A DNA stretch of 64,000 nucleotides from Marsupella aquatica (GCA_973895155.1 OZ316898.1:18487292-18551291); one strand, 5' to 3'; counted from the first letter of the stretch, positions 48,794 to 63,400 are shown. Translations and numbers: made by a program. The notes: generated by a model from the letters alone, not told the origin.

Positions 48794-50762
48794 ACATGCA
48801 TCATGTTCAAGGTATTGACGGGGTATTGAATCTTCCATTTGTTCATACTGAAATCATTGGTATATTTCATTATCAAATTCAATGTCATTCAAGCTAGCGG
48901 GCATTCAAGTTGGGATTCCCAGTTAGAAGTCTATGATACACGCATTTGATCAAACTCCACTATTCACAGGTTTTACACGGATTTCACGCCTCGATGTGCT
49001 GTTGTACGTACGCTTTATTTATGAATCGTTAGGTTTTGTGGTTTTCACTTTCGATTCCGACTTCCATTCGCTCCCCTTGAATTTTTGTGACAGTGTCTCA
49101 CTCAATAGTTAGAGCTGCACCTCTTGAAATCTAATCAGATCATGACATGCTGGCTGATCCTAACATGCAGGAAAATAGTCTAATTTGTTAACAATCGAAT
49201 CTCTTCTTTCCCTGATCTGAACTTCCAGTATCATCCTCCAGTATCTGAACTTCATATCCGTTTGATCGGTGTTGCTGTTCGCTCAACGGGTGATAGTGCC
49301 AATATTTCTGTCGGTGCATTAGCTGGACCCATCCGAGTTATTGCAGACAGTCCTCAATTAGGCGCAAAAGTATTTTGATTCGGAGTCCAGCCATGAATAG
49401 AAGTTGTGCAAATCAGCGTCACTCATTCGATAGTACCTAGGGCGATAATTAGCGTCGAAAGTCCGTTTCTTAATATACATGGCTCGGGAATCAGCAGTAT
49501 CCGAAGTACAGTACGTAATGAGGTGGACTTGCATCTCAGAAGTTGCTGTTGATTGTCTCCGACTCGACTTCATTCATTAGCGAATGGAATCGATAGCATG
49601 AAAGGGTGCTGGAGTTCTTTGTCAATCGAGCGACATTTTTAAAGTTCAACACCAGTTCACCAGCTCGGCTGTTCCTGTTTCACAGCGTTTACCGTGAGAT
49701 GAACGGTCTCCACCATGGTTGAGCCAATAATTTCTTTGAAAGCAATTTGTGGATAACCATATAGGACGAACTTAGCAGAATTGTAGGTAGAGTACAAATA
49801 TATGCGATGGATGGTGCACCTCAACTCTCATTAGCTGTAATCCCAGTAATAGTAAAGCTGACCATTTTAGAGGGCATTTTAGAGGGCCTAACTAAACTAC
49901 AAGTCTCTTGCAAAATTAGAGACTTGTCGTGACTATTTAGGCCAATCATTTGTGTTTGTCATGATGCCCGTACAAACCATTAGACCTGCGAATAACAAAA
50001 ACGAAAAAACTGAAAATTCACATATCAAATATTAACAAAAAGTGGAGGAAAAAATGAACAGTTTGTAATCATTTTATTATTTTACTTTCTGAACTATAAT
50101 AAATAGCTTTCTTTATATTTAATTGATTTACTTACAAACAATAAACAGGACAATAAGGACTAACTATCTATCATTTGCTACCAAAGACGAGATGGTCCAC
50201 AAAGTAACTAAAAAAAATAGATTCCCCAAAACTTTCTGATGACTCTCATTAAACAAATTAGATGGAAGAGATTGGGCGCGAGGGTTTCACTTCCACCAAA
50301 ATGACACATCACATGATAACCTGATTATTTTATTGGTTCTAAAAGAAGATTTATTAATTTTAATTTCTCAAAAGAACAATAAGGTATTCTAAATTCAATT
50401 TTGAAATTTATAAGTCCATTAGTGTGTTTTTAATCAAATTTTAGAATTATATTCCAACTTGAATCTTCCAACTTTCAGGGGTCAATATTTTTGTTGTTGT
50501 TGTATACTAGGGGTATTGAGAGCTCTCCCAAACTCTCTACTGGCTTTATAATAATGAGCCTTAATTAGTGTAAGTAATACTTAGCTAGTTGCTAGTGTCA
50601 CTAATAGCTAGTTGCAAACATAATTGTAACCAATTCAAACATCTTAATTAAATACTACCTTTACATTCATCTTCAACCTTCGCCACTCTTCCAAAGCCAA
50701 ATTTGAGATTCTTCATACAATTTATTTTGTCAAAAGGGAGAATGATAATGACAACAAGGGAT

Positions 50763-51083
50763 CTTGGGGGCTCACTTCCACAAAGTGGCAGATCATGTTG
50801 GACGAAATATAGGTCCATTTAAATGTGTGTGATGGAAGACTTTCAAAGTTTTATAGAAGAACACATAGGGCATGTTTTATTGACAGACCGACTTTAAAGA
50901 ACACATAGACCTATTTAATTATAAAAAACATTTTCTTTAAAGTATTTAGGGGTTTTGTTAATAAAAATGACAACATTTAAAGAATTTTTTTTTTTGCAAA
51001 CAATTATTTTTCACTTATAAATTAGGGGTATCAAACACTCAAACCTCGCACACTATGTACGACCCTTCATATAGTGACCCCAG
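50763..51083. mobile_element. Diverged MITE of the CTTGGGGG family with 8-bp TSD
   Basis: TSD caagggat at 50755-50762 and 51084-51091. The left end cttgggggctcacttccac mirrors the gtggaagtgaaacccccaag end of 43073-43354. An older relative begins at ~50278. Confidence 0.75.
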
Positions 51084-51136
51084 CAAGGGATAAGGGAGGA
51101 AATAAACTTTATTAATCATTCTCATCCATTTTGTAT

Positions 51137-52328
51137 TCAGCAAAATATTTGATGGGCCCCTCTAGGTAAATATATTCCTCACTAGCCCCTAACTTTTCAA
51201 ATATACTAGCTTTAGTGGGCCCCTCCTCCCTCTAACCCTTTCTCAGGACCTGTCATATTATTTTTAATTTCCATTTTCTAATTGTAACATAACAGTACAA
51301 TTATTTACTTCATTCCACCAAATATAATGTCTAGAAGTAATTTTCAGACAGTGTACTCTTGTTTAAAGTTAGTATATATATAACATACGTACAAAGTATG
51401 TAGCCCCTATCACTTGACGGGCCCCTCTACCCGGCTATAAAGTATGTACAAAGTATGTAGCCCCTGTCACTTGATGGGGCCCCTTTAGCTGGCTATAACG
51501 TATATTCAAAGTATTTAGACCCTGTACAAAGTATTCAGTGGAAGTCTCAGCTCTGTCAGAAGGGCAACCATCACAAAATTCAAGGCAAGTACTTGGTGTT
51601 CTTAACAAAAATTATGCCTCAAAATCATATCCAAAGTACTCTGTGAAACATACAAGTGAATGGATTCCTAGCTCATGGAAGAAGCACTTGGCGGATCATT
51701 CCCAAAAAAGACAGAGAACTCAAGTTGGTTTGGGTCAATTAACGAGATTTTTGCCTCCACATCCAGAGGATGGTAGTAAAGGGGATCATCCTACTGGAAG
51801 GGTACGCCAAAAGAGCACTGGCATCTTGCATATTGTTTGCAGCCTGACCCACACTTGTCCCCAATATAAACATAATTGGAGTGGTCCTAACCAAAAGGCA
51901 TTGCGTAAATTGTTGTTATGTTTAAGTGGCATTTTGTAAATTGCCTGAAAAACTCTACCTAGGTGCTCACATCTAAAAAACATATCACAAAAATGACACC
52001 AAGTAAATGCTCACGTCTAAGGTCAGGAATATTTTCAAAAATGTTTTTGGCAAAGTAGTATCATCAAGTGAGAGGGGCTAAATACTTAGTACATAACATT
52101 TATATATATTCTCAATACAGTACACTGAATTGCTTCTAGATAGTATGTCCGGTGGACTGACATAGATAGTTGAATGTAGAGTATGTTACAATTGAAAAAT
52201 GGAAAAAATAATATGACTGGTCCTGAGAAAGGGTTAGAAGGACAAGGGGCCCCATTAAGTATCTGTGAAAAGTGAGAGGCTCGTTTGCAATAAGTTTACC
52301 TAGAGGGCCCCATCAAGTATTTTGCTGA
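51137..52328. mobile_element. Non-autonomous long-TIR (Mutator-like) element, ~1.2 kb
   Basis: ~280-bp imperfect inverted repeats (51137-51420 versus 52062-52328, e.g. tcagcaaaata.ttgatggg and ctaaccctttctcaggacc.gtcatattattttt). Flanking direct repeat (a)ttttgtat of 8-9 bp. Internal ~58-bp tandem units at 51385-51535. Confidence 0.8.
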
Positions 52329-52399
52329 TTTTGTATCTCTCTCCCTTAGTTTATTGGGAGAGGGGGTGAAAATTGGTGGATGATAACTTTTAATGGGAT

Positions 52400-54200
52400 G
52401 ATGTTTTTAGTTGTGTTTTCAATCTTATTGAACGACAAATCCTTAGTTTCTCAGGTGGAGTAACAGCCAACATCAAGCCAATATTGACTCTGACCTGACC
52501 TGTCAATTTCCTTGCCTAGCCTGTTACTCCATTGTGGAAAATCTTCTTGGAACAAAGAACTCACTGTGTACGTATGAACTCAACTCCGTTAGCTACAGTA
52601 GGTGTCTGGAAATTAATGGAGCTGGGCTCAAGGAATGCCATGCTGATCATCGCACATGTTGTAGACGGGTGGAGTAAGTTCCTCTTCATCGGCCTTGCCA
52701 TGCTCCGAATCTCTCTAGCACAACCTGTCATCATTATCGCTGGGTATATATATAGGAGTGAAGCTTTGGGTACAAAACCGCGCAATTATCCGACTGCAAA
52801 CATCGTTGAACTTCGGGACGTCAACATGCATCACGTGTCTTGGTCACTTCCTGTGGCGCCCCCCGGCCCCCCTCAGTAGGATATTTCGATGGATATTTCA
52901 GGGGGAGTCATTGAGATATCTTTGAAATTTAATGGTCCTGTAGGAAGTCAACAGAAAATTGATCTGTCCTAGCCTGGAGGTGTCTCTACAAAAGCTCCGT
53001 CCCTGAAAATGGTGTGATCGAGGTCGTTCAGCATGATTAATGTCTAAAGATAAAATTATAGCTGAAGGAGTTGTGCTGAACTTATAGACAGTGAGAGACT
53101 TAATTGTGGAAACCTGAACTTTCTGATTGGCTGGAAGTGAGAAAGAGAGGGAACGAGAGAATCGCCATTATACTGGTCACACTCCTTGTGCCCTGGTTCT
53201 CCTATTTCTTGTAGTCATATTTACAAACTCTATCAGCGGAATGCTCGCCTCACTGCAATTGCCAAGAAATACCCGACGAGGATCTACTGGCCTGAGTAAT
53301 GTCCCTAGCATTTCAAGCACAAAGTGCTCTGTTAATGATCCTTCATCTCCACCACGAACATTCTCTCTAGCGCGAGATGGCGGTCTGATGAGTCCCAAGT
53401 TAAGGTTCAGACGGTGTCGTTCTACTAGTTCAAGTCTCCCCATGTCACATTTATGAGGAGTCCAGTTTTGTTCATGGTTTGGTGATTAGATGTGCGTACA
53501 ATCTGGAATAGGGCAAAACCATTGGTTCAGAAGAATTCTCCGCTTTAAAAAGTCTCTTGCCAACATCGACCAGCGTCTCCGTGTTGAGCAAATCTTTTGT
53601 CCGAAATTCCAATGGATTTCTCTAGGCGTTAGATTGGCAGGAGTAAAAGACAGTTCCCACGTCCTTCCGGAATCGTTGACAATCCCGGTGAGATTTCTGC
53701 AGTACACGTATCAAAAGCCTAAACTCCAGAACATTGAGGCCAGAATTATTTGCTTTTGCATGAGGTGCATAAGTAGACCTTTTACACCCATGATTAGCAT
53801 GTAATGTACAAAAGGTCCACTGTGTACCAATGCACTCAAATTGAGCGCAAAAGCATACATGTTCCAGTGCAAAACACTTGAAGAACACAGGTGTAAAAAT
53901 ATGCAGTGCAAAAATAGTTCATATAAATAATACATCCTGATGTCACAAGTGAAAAATAATGCAGCTTGACTTATTTGAGATGTTCCGACCTGGTTGCGGA
54001 ATTAGTTTGTACGTCCAGCTCCTGCAAGCTCACAATTCCTTTCTTCCAACGATGCTTGAAACCTGTAATTGGTGGCAAGTAACTTGTTGCAAGAAAGGCC
54101 TGGGGAATTTAGAGACAGGGGTCTAAGCGCATTCAGTTAGTAGATGGACAACTGGTCACTTCGAAGAACAAAACGCATGGTAGAAAAGACAATTGGCCAG
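52400..54200 (-). pseudogene. Unidentified decayed coding-like segment; partly duplicated at ~62440-62730
   Basis: Chain of short minus-strand ORFs. 52730-53060 aligns with 62440-62730 (gcaaacatcgttgaacttcggga, gtcattgagatatctttgaa, ggtcctgtaggaagtcaacagaaaa.tgatctg). Confidence 0.35.
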
Positions 54201-54258
54201 CTGCTACCTTACTGAATGGACCAATTGACGAAGGACAACTTTTAGTCCTCGCTGCGTG

Positions 54259-54903
54259 TGTTGAGGGATAAAATCCAATGCACTACATTCAACAATACAT
54301 ATCGAAGAACTTATTGAGCATAACATCAAAGCCAAATGATTAGAATGAGTCAGCCTCCAGAAAATGAATTGAGTCTCTTTCACAAATTATGTACACACTA
54401 CCTGTTTGTGAATGGAGGAACCAAAAAACCAACAAGTTTGAGAGACTCAAGAGTGGTGAAAGACATTAAGAGTGTATTGTGGCTCTCAGCTCTCTTGTTT
54501 ATATAGGTGAGTGAATTGAGTCCAAGAGACAATCTAAAACCTGGTTGAGTGATTTGGTCTTAGTTGTACTTTTCTAGTCAAGCCGTCTTATTAAGACCAT
54601 TTGCACTCTCAGATTTAGAGTCTATTGTTTGACTTAGCGTCATGCACTCTCAAATAAAGACTTCTTTTGTTGGCTCAATTTAGCCCAAGAGTCAATTTAG
54701 ACCGGAAGGAGTGGTCTGGGTCTGAGTTTGAGTCTTAGCTCAGTCCAGCCGTCTAATTAGACCATGAGCCGTCATACTCTTAGTTTCAAACTCATTGAAC
54801 TCATTGTTGACTTGGCTTTCTATGTAGACCCAAAGGAGTGGTTTGGGTTTGAGTCAATTGCTTCCATTTTGTGGGATCTAGACAGTACTTACTTTGACTG
54901 ACA
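54259..54903 (-). mobile_element. LTR-like remnant; partial relative at ~61617-61735
   Basis: TGTTGA...TGACA ends and a TATA box on the minus strand (tttatatagg). 54435-54545 matches 61617-61735. No TSD found. Confidence 0.4.
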
Positions 54904-56902
54904 TTGTTCCCATACTGGTTGCAGAATGATGGAACGGCTATGTGGCTCCAGGGTTAAGGGTGATCAAGGCAGCCTCAAGAAAATGGAGAATTACATTTTC
55001 ATTCTTTTATTATTCATTTTTTAAAGATTCTTTCCCCTTAAAGAGTAGTTTTGTTAGGGTTTACACTCATTGTTATCTAATTTCCTTAGTGTTTATTCTT
55101 TACGGGCCCCCATGAGAGGTTCCCGACAAATTCCCTGCAAGTTTCCTGTCACGAGAATGTGTTACATCAGCACAACCAGTCACAAATAGAAAAGATCATA
55201 TTTCTTACAGACACAAAAGGGCATATTCATGTTTGTGACAAAAGAGAAATTCAAAAACTGTTTGGAATTAAAAAATTTCTCAATCTGAGGTTCATTGGAA
55301 ACCCTTTTTCGATTAAGAGATGTCACAATCTCGTCACCGTCACAAAATTAGCAATTGCAAATTGATTTTTTAGATTACGTCATCATCGCTTGTCCGAAAT
55401 TCTTGCTTCCTGGTTTGAATTGTTTGTGTCCCTCCGGACCAGTCTTCAACTGAAGCTCACTATGAACATAAGTTGATGCCAAATGAAACCTTTATGTCAA
55501 AGAAGCAATCGTTGGTCTCTTCCTCACACCATAAGTTTTTTAAATAAAAAATTATAAAAACTAGTTTCATGTAAAGCAATGGCTCTTTTGTTTTGTGCGT
55601 TCTTCTCACTGAAACGACAAGCACTCTTTCGTCACCAGTTGAGTGCTGTCCTCCAATCTGTCTATGATGGTAATGGTCAATATAACTCACAAATGTTCAA
55701 TCAAAAATGGTAGAAATGTCACTATTTCTCCAATGTGTAAGCAAAACCCGTAAAAAAATTAAATTCTTCCACATGCAACATTTAGTTTGATAAACTAAAG
55801 AGATAATCTCAATCAGATCTATCTTCTCTATCTTTTTTTCTTTTGTACGAGCACACACCAAGATCACTGGGAGACTCAAAATCATCGATTACCGTTTTGT
55901 TTAAAATTTATTTCACTCCATCACACACGCATGCATTTCTTGGATGAACATGAGGTCCATGTATTAATTTATGAAATCACATTATTCATCTTTTGAACTA
56001 AAAACTTGATGTTTGTGTTTTTTCACTCTGACTCTATTTTTTTTTGGTTCACTCTAAAAATAATAAAAATGATATAAAAATTTTCTTTTTGCAAATTCTA
56101 AGTGCACGAAGTCAGATGGCAATACTATATAACACACAGCCATTGCCCCTTTATAGAAGGTTGGCCCAAATGGAAATAGGTAATTGTGCCTATATTTAAA
56201 CATGTGCTCCAAGTGTAAACAGTTAGTTGTGAGTAGTATTACCAACACGTTTAAACACGTCCTGTCAACGAGCTGATCCACCCCAATTTAAATAATTTGT
56301 TGTATGTTTGTACTCCCGTTCGCCAGGATTTCGTCACATTATCACTCCCAAGTGGTGAATTCAACTTGCACCTCTATCCAACAAGCACCTCGTGCGTTCT
56401 GCATGCAGAGGCCATATGAATGTTTCAACCCTGCGGTTCAAAACTGAGCTGAGCTACTGCATGTAGGCTCCACCTTTAACTCGTTCTCCACATGCAAGCT
56501 TTGACTGAATGTCAACTTCACAGGAAGTCAGAACTCAAATCATAGATCAGTCCTCGAGGACTACGATCATACGCTTCAACTCACAGGCACAATCCCGAAC
56601 CCAATGCAAGCGAGCGAAGTGGTGGAGAGAGAGGTCAACACGAAGGCCTTAAATAATAGAAGGAACAAAACCCGTTGCCTGATTCCACGGATATGAGGGC
56701 ATACATGAACTCTCAGTTGAGGGGAAAGTTTCTTTTGTCTGGGATATGCAAACACTATATATCTGAAGAAATACAGAAAGTGAGATTTTCCAAGACCGTA
56801 GAAGAAAGTGAGAGGCATACTAACTTCTTGGACCGACAAATTCAGAACATGACGACAATCAATGTAAATTCAAAGAATCGCCGAAGATGTAGCAAGGAGC
56901 CA

Positions 56903-59246
56903 ATGAAGCATGGTCAAACGGTGAGGAGCCCAGGATTATGTGTGGCAACGCCCGATGGATCATGCCCTCTGACGGGCGGTAGCTCAGAAGGTTCAGAATC
57001 AGAGAGATCATCCGCGGAAATCGGATTATGGAATCCCAAAGTTGGCGATCGGTTGGCAGTATGGAGTCACGAGGTTGTGTTTAATGAGCGTCACAAAACC
57101 CCGACGCAGTTAGAACCTCTTCGTCGAGTTGGGGATCCCCTTGCTGACGGGTGCGTGGCAGCCCTTGGCAGCAAAACTGGAGCAGACGCCTTCATGATCC
57201 TTGAGCAGTACCTGTCCAGACCAATATGTGAACAGGAAGCAGAGGCGCCCAGGCAATTCCAAGACAGTGTGCTAAAAGTTCCAGATTGGGTTGATTGGAC
57301 CATCATCAAGCAGGGCCAACAGCTGTACTGGTATGTACGGCTTCTTTCTAGTTCATGATGTTAATCATTGTTTTTAGTAGTCCTTGCAAATTCCTAAATG
57401 AATGAGTTATCGATCAATCAAATATCTGCGGAAAATCCCGAAGCTGAGTAAATATGGAAATGGATAAAGAACCTGCGATATATGCACGTCATAGTCGCTT
57501 ATAATGTGATGTATTATTAATAATGGAAATTCACTGGCATCAAATTTGAGTCGCTAGAGGCACATATCAGACCTGAAGGGAAGAATCACATCTATTAGTT
57601 CTAACAAAGCTAGCGGATTCGTTGTGCATCATTGTTAAACTACAGACCCAGTCTACCGACCGCTACATGCAGTTTGTCAAACTGTATACAGTCCTCCAGG
57701 AATGAGTCCGTCGTGTGCTTTTATGTCCGTGAGGGCCTAGTTGCTCATAGACGTCTCTTCTTCGTGTTGTTTGTCTTTCTTGCCAGACCGTCAGCCGAGA
57801 GAAATTTTCCTTGAGGAAACTCATTGAGGTAGGGAAAGAGAATGATGTCCATAGATAGCTCACGTTAAGATCTGCGCTGATGATGAGAAACCAGCTCGTG
57901 GTTCTCGATCGTTTACAGAATTCTCTCTCTTTATCTCCAAAAGAGTGCGATGAAACAGGTTTCAATCGCACGGTCCACGGAACTCATTCTGAAAGCCCAA
58001 AATGAATTGAGATTCTTAGCACAACTACGTGCGTAGAACAAAGCCTATATATAGCTGTCATGACCAAAACTCGCCAGAAATAGTGGTGATTTTGAGGGTA
58101 CGTAAACAGCTCAAAGGTCGGTGAACGCAATTAAAAGTGATTGGGACTCGGTTGTAGCTAGTAATTATCGATTCATGAATGATATAACAATAAGCAGACA
58201 TGCAGTGAACTGTCCAGTGAGAGATAATACGGATCGAGGTTTAATCATGAAGTTTACAATAGAGGGAATTCCTGGAGACAGGAGGGGGAGTAACAGCCCT
58301 TTGTAATATCAGGCAGTGATTTGGAATGCTTTTGTGATGGTCGAATCTTGACAGGGGTCACATGCTTGTTTCTTTCAGGAAGTATGCGAACCCGATTGAC
58401 TTCGTTCTTTTCCATGCCTCTCTGGTCGGTGGATTTGGTGCTCCACGAATAGCTCGAACGCTCCAATGCACCAACTACCTATCAAGCTCTCCTGATCGCT
58501 CTTACCAGCGCCTCATGGAGACATGTCTCATGGTCTACGACTGCATGAATGGCGGAATTCAGAGTCTCCAGCCACGGACTGGAAAGGGGTGGACGTCGAT
58601 CGTGCGTGTGCGCCTGCTGCACACTCAAGTTCGTCTCCGTATTCTCAGCGTTGCAGAATCTCATCCTGATTACTATTCTGTTGAAGAAGATGGAGTCCCT
58701 ATAAACCAGGAAGATTTAGTCTGCACTCTTTGTGCCTTTTCGATTGCTGTCATCCTTGCCTTGGAGACGATCGGCATCCATCTGTCCCCCAAAGAGGTGT
58801 TTGCGTACCTCCACCTATGGCGTCTGGTTGGGCATTACATGGGAATCCTCCCGGAAAACAATCCACTCACCTCTTGTGAAGATGCTCGTGCTTCGTTCGA
58901 GTCCGTCGTCCGCCACCTATTTACTCATCCTGATAACACATCAGCAAACTTGGCAAATGGCCTTCTTCTAGCTGTGGCTGGGAAGCCCCCTGTGCGGCAA
59001 TCCTTCGCATTTCATTCCGCGAGTGTTCGTGCCCTGCTAGGTGAGGATCTCAGTAATGCTCTCCAGATTGACTCTTCCGGATTGTACAATAGGATCATGA
59101 TTAAGCTCTTGTTCGCCTTCTTCAGGTTGCCTCCCACACCGTGGTGGACGCAAGTTGTCCAGGCATGGCATACTTGGTTTCTTAAGGACACAGCTACCAG
59201 GATTGACTTGAATTTCAGCATGAAAGTGGTACCCCAACATGTCTGA
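56903..59246 (+). CDS. MpaB/Lcp-type heme oxygenase, DUF2236 family, copy 2 (431 aa, 2 exons; may extend upstream to ATG 56693 or 56849)
   Basis: Exons 56903-57330 and 58379-59246 (1296 nt in frame), with the same intron position and motifs as copy 1. Confidence 0.85.
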
Positions 59247-62200
59247 GGAGGATCGATGTTTATATGTAATGTTTAGGTTACATATTGACGGCGGTATTGA
59301 ATCTCCAATTTGTTTATCATGAAATCATTATTATATTTATCACATAAGTGTCATTCAAGCGGGCATTAATTCGAATTGGGAATCCTAATTGGAAATCTAT
59401 GATCCATACTATTGATAGGTTTAAGACCAATTTCAGCCTCGACGCAATGAACCTCGATCTCCTTGTTGTGCGCTTTATCTATGAATATATCGTTTTGGTG
59501 GTTGACTTTACGACTAGCTTCCATTCGCTCCCGTTGAATTATTGTGACAGTGCCTCACTTGATAGAGCTGTATTTCTTGAAATTCTATTGAGACGATGAC
59601 ATTCGGGTAGATCCTTGGTCTAAATTTGTCTAACGTGTGGACAATCGAATCTCTGTGTTTCCTCACACCTCCAGTGTCTGAACTTCCTATCCACTTGATC
59701 GGTGTTGCTGCTCCCTCAACGGATGACAGTGCTAATATTTCTGTCTGTGAAGTGCTATATGGACCGCATCTGAGCTATCTCCGACAGTCCTCAATATATT
59801 AGGCACACAATTATCTTTGACTCGAAGTCCAGCCCTCCATATATGCTGTACTTGCACATCAGTGTCACTTATTCGAGAGTACCTAGTGCGTTAGTTAGTG
59901 TCGAAAGTCAGTGTCTTCAAATTAGATAGCTTGGAAACTTAAGAACCTGGCAAGGTATTCCAAATACAGTATCTAGTAGACTCGTATTTCAAAAAGTTGT
60001 TGTTGATTGTTTCCGAAGCGACTTCATTCATAAGTGAATGAAATTAAACATCGCTTGAAACGGTGCTGGAATACTTTGTCATTGGAGTGACATAATTGAA
60101 CTTAATTTAACATCAGTTGACCAGCTCGGCCGGCTGTACCTGTTGCACAGCACTTACCTAGGTGCACGGTTTCCGCCATCAGCTATTAATTTTGAATTGA
60201 TAGCAACCGTGCAGGGATAGTCCTTGTGAGAGGCTATCAGCTTTCCAATGAACCATGTGCGACCGACTTAGCAGAATTAGAAAGAGTACATATATTACCT
60301 GCGATGGAAGAGGATTTTCCGCTCAGCTGTCATCACAGTTAGTTTGGGATCAAGGGAATGACAAATGGTCACGAGGGTTCAATCAGTAGTGCTTACTTAC
60401 GCATACATAAGGCCTTCTTGCAGCAGGCAAGGGTTTACTGCTTGTGAAAGGGTTCATGTAACTGTTTGTGCTACTTAAGTTCTCTTCAGAGCACCGCGCG
60501 TCTTCACGCCCAATTGGAATCAGAGCACTCTCTGGTCAATCGCTCGTGTTTATTGCCCAGGTAAACAGCTAGTGACTGTAGCTACTGGATGTCTTTATAC
60601 AGTAGAGTTAGCATTTTTTCTCGCTCAATAGAGTGGCTCCATAGAAATTATCAACCAGCATATATTGCAGCAGTGTGAACATCAGAGAACTTACATTAGA
60701 CAGCGGCATGCCATCTGGGAAAACATCTCATCTCCTTTAGTGAGCACCCATCCTGTACAGTCAAGTCAAGGAAATATATGCAATCAAAGACCGTACCTCT
60801 TTGATCGCATGCTGTCCCTGGGCAATAGGCCAATATTAATCTAGGTGAAAGTCTTATCATTGCTGAACTTTTGAACATGACAGTATATAGAGCATACTGC
60901 CGAAAACACAAAGCTCCAAACGAGGAGACAAGGTTCTCACTGATTGGGCCTCATGGATTAAGCCTCGATCACATTCCCAAAATTTGTGCGAATTGATAAT
61001 TCTTGATCTATGAATTCCAGTATTTTTATAGTTTTGGGGATGTGCCGAGGGAAGTGCTAGAGGAGAAGGTAAGCTACACTTCCATGAAAGTGACAGTGAA
61101 TGTTTGGCCATTTTGCTTGAATTTTTCATCACAAATTGCTGACGGGTAGGTTCCAATCGATTAATTTTCATTGAGATAAAATCAAATATTTGGGTTTGTT
61201 TGTTTTTTACAGCTCCTCCTTCTCTAGTTGCCTTGCAGGTGCATGACTAAAATTTATTTATGGACTCGTTAATCATCAAGCTAGTTATAGACCCCCCAAT
61301 TAAGTGTGGTTCATGGGAGCACTTTGTCCATGATCAGGGTGGTCCATCCTGGCTTCATTGTCGGTTATCACAGATTCTGAATGACTGGGTGAATGATACA
61401 TGTATCCCAAGAGGTCTAGTTGTTGGTCTAGTTGATCGAACCTCATTGGAAGCTGTTCCAAAATCCGTCGAAGCACATGCAACCACGTTAGTTCTAAGCA
61501 CATAGAAATCACTCTGGCTCAAAATGAGTCTGCTAATTGCTCCTTGTCTAATACATCCTCTTCAAGTGCATCAAACAGAACCTTACAAGAGTGGGCCCAT
61601 AAGCTGTGAATGGTGAAAGTTTGAGAGAATCAAGAGTGGTGAAAGACATTCAAAGTGTATTTTGGCTCTATTAAGCTCTCTTTATTATATAGGTGACTGA
61701 AATGACTCCAGCAGTCATTCAATCTAAACCCTGGAATTGTCTAGAAGTCATCCCTCTCCTTTCAGATCACTGTCGGGGGTGTTGGAAAGCTACAGACCAT
61801 TTATTGATTGAAGGACCAGTTGTGTATTATATTAGTGAAAGATTTAATTTGGATTTCTTACCAGGCAAGTTATAGTGCATGCCGACAGACAATTTTCAAA
61901 ATCAGAATATTTTCGCCTTGTGGTCTCATAGTTGTCCAGCTCTTGACTGGGATTTTCCTTGGCGAACGGGGCTTCTATTGGGTAACCATACAGACCGACT
62001 TCCCGATCGACTGAGGATGCTTGCCGTAAGTTCTAATCCAGAAGTGAATGGCAGCAGTTGCAACGTACACCGACCCTTCACGTTGCATTTGCAAGAATGA
62101 CATGATTACTTGCAATGTTATGATCGTAAGTAGAAACGAAGCGATCACTGACAATTCGATCCATCTAGGTAGGGGCACAAGCCAGCTGACAAGGTTCTAC

Positions 62201-63236
62201 GAGATCAACTTTATATGGACTACAGTATATCACATATGATTTACTTAAGTTCTAGATTAAGCTAAACAAAATTAAAGCTTGTTGGAATCCCGTTGAAGAA
62301 CGGTTGGTTGGTAAACTGTCTTGATCGAAATAGATACATCGAACCGTTTATAAACTAAATCTCATGCACAGGTACATGTTGTCTATATCGACGGTTTCAG
62401 CTGAGAGTGCTCGAGCGGCCACACGGCTCTCCCGTGAAGTCATCTTTCTCGCTGGGTATAGAGTGAAGCTTTTGGATACAAACCACTGTATCTACCAGGC
62501 AATCTGAGCGCAAACATCGTTGAACTTCGGGATGGAACATCGTTGAACTTCGTCTTGGTCACTTCTTTGATGATCAGGAAGTCATTGAGATATCTTTGAA
62601 TGGTCCTGTAGGAAGTCAACAGAAAACTGATCTGGAAGGAGGTGTGAGTCTGTACAAAAGCCCAGTCTAGATGACGAGTGAAAATGTTTTGATCGAGCTC
62701 GTTCAGCATTATGGTAAAAGCTAAAATTATTGAGGAGGGAGTGGGATAGGGAATCCAATATGTTGCAACTCCTGTTTTTATCTATTTTATCAAAATTTTC
62801 CAACTTTTCCTCAGACTATTCACTTTTTGCTTGAATTTTACCATGATTTTCTGAAAACCTCCAATGGCTAACATGGACCTCTTCAGCCAGCTCTCATAAT
62901 TACCATCAATTTCACACCTTGGTTTTCCAAAAATGTTACAAAACCAGGCTCACTGAAGTCACAAACACTAAAACATCTGAAATCACAAATGCTGACATCA
63001 TCTCAATTGAAGTTTATAAAAATATAATATCAATGCTCATTTTCCCCAAAACATTTTCAAGTGGGGGCACCCCAACATGGGTGATGTGTTCATCTAGCAT
63101 AATACACACACTATGTTATCTTTCTTTGACATGTTTCATGAATGAGTTTAGGGTTTGATTTAGAGCAATGTAATTTTACATTTTGCCCAAAATTTGCTTA
63201 CCTAGATGGATATGAAGTTCAATAAGCAGCCTTGAG

Positions 63237-63400
63237 TAACTGGTTTTCCCCCATTCATTGAATATCTCAATATTATAGAAAACAGGGCCATGGCCAAATG
63301 TACCAATGAAAAGCCGAACTGGTTTTCCCCCATTTTTTTAATTCATTGAATATCTCAACATTATAGAATATATGGCCACAGCCAAATGTACCAAAAGCCT
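63237..63400 (+). repeat. ~80-bp tandem duplication
   Basis: aactggttttccccc...attcattgaatatctcaa.attatagaa...gccaaatgtaccaa occurs twice. Confidence 0.8.

Noticed and set aside
49899-49927. Hairpin acaagtctct...agagacttgt as a Helitron 3' end
   Set aside because: No CTRR terminus at the expected distance and no 5' TC end identified.
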